Below are positions 50,567 to 50,577 of a stretch of DNA of 50,577 nucleotides, piece after piece. The position numbers and the translations under genes are program-made. The DNA comes from an uncultured Clostridia bacterium (GTDB taxonomy: Bacteria; Bacillota; Clostridia; Christensenellales; CAG-917). Location of the stretch: NCBI GenBank assembly GCA_947383095.1, contig CANDBZ010000002.1:1-50577 (forward strand), in the 5' to 3' direction. Below the pieces are notes generated by a model. The model did no database searches. It was not told the DNA's origin and worked only from the letters and a program-made list of their open reading frames with translations. The stretch's first letter is position 1. Every line of letters starts with the position of its first letter.

Positions 50567-50577
50567 GGAAAGAGTGT
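50545..50577. other. Illumina TruSeq adapter (AGATCGGAAGAGCGTCGTGTAGGGAAAGAGTGT), non-biological
   Basis: Exact 33-nt match to the standard read-2 adapter trimming sequence at the very end of the window. Confidence 0.97.

Overview
This is a 50.6-kb contig end from a spore-forming Firmicutes (Clostridia-like) chromosome, covering the replication-initiation and partition neighbourhood. Most genes have strong Shine-Dalgarno sites. Recognisable genes are ung, a PRTase, a U32 peptidase, gdhA, a GDPD-family protein, a gerA-type germinant-receptor operon (A/B/C), lepB, an ABC-2 exporter pair, yyaC, a cvpA-like gene, two GNATs, a ydeI-like gene, tRNA-Asn, dnaN, dnaA, recF, parB, parA, rsmG, mtnN, gyrA, gyrB and a GH13 alpha-glucosidase. 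The origin genes are present but in a non-canonical, strand-scrambled order: dnaN(+) dnaA(-) recF(+) parB(-) parA(-) rsmG(-) mtnN(+) gyrA(-) gyrB(-). Routine annotation does not explain the following. (1) Three parS sites, one a perfect 16/16 match, cluster inside a 1.5-kb ORF-free, extremely AT-rich region upstream of gyrB. (2) A structured ~145-nt tRNA-like element carries an exact 27-nt copy of the tRNA-Asn 3' end just downstream of the real tRNA-Asn. (3) A tightly packed, low-GC four-gene cassette of unrecognisable, Cys-rich and paralogous cytoplasmic proteins abuts that tRNA. (4) A translationally coupled pair of very large membrane proteins share the same architecture and a repeated RKRDKK/acidic tail, encoded by a 177-nt tandem DNA repeat. 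(5) A third large anchored protein sits next to the cvpA-like gene. (6) A 44-aa Cys-rich micro-ORF has its own SD and terminator. (7) The last 33 nt of the window are an Illumina adapter, so the right end is an assembly artefact. I recognised no rRNA, CRISPR array, transposase or integrase. None of the hypothetical proteins could be tied to a known defence, toxin or secretion family from sequence alone.
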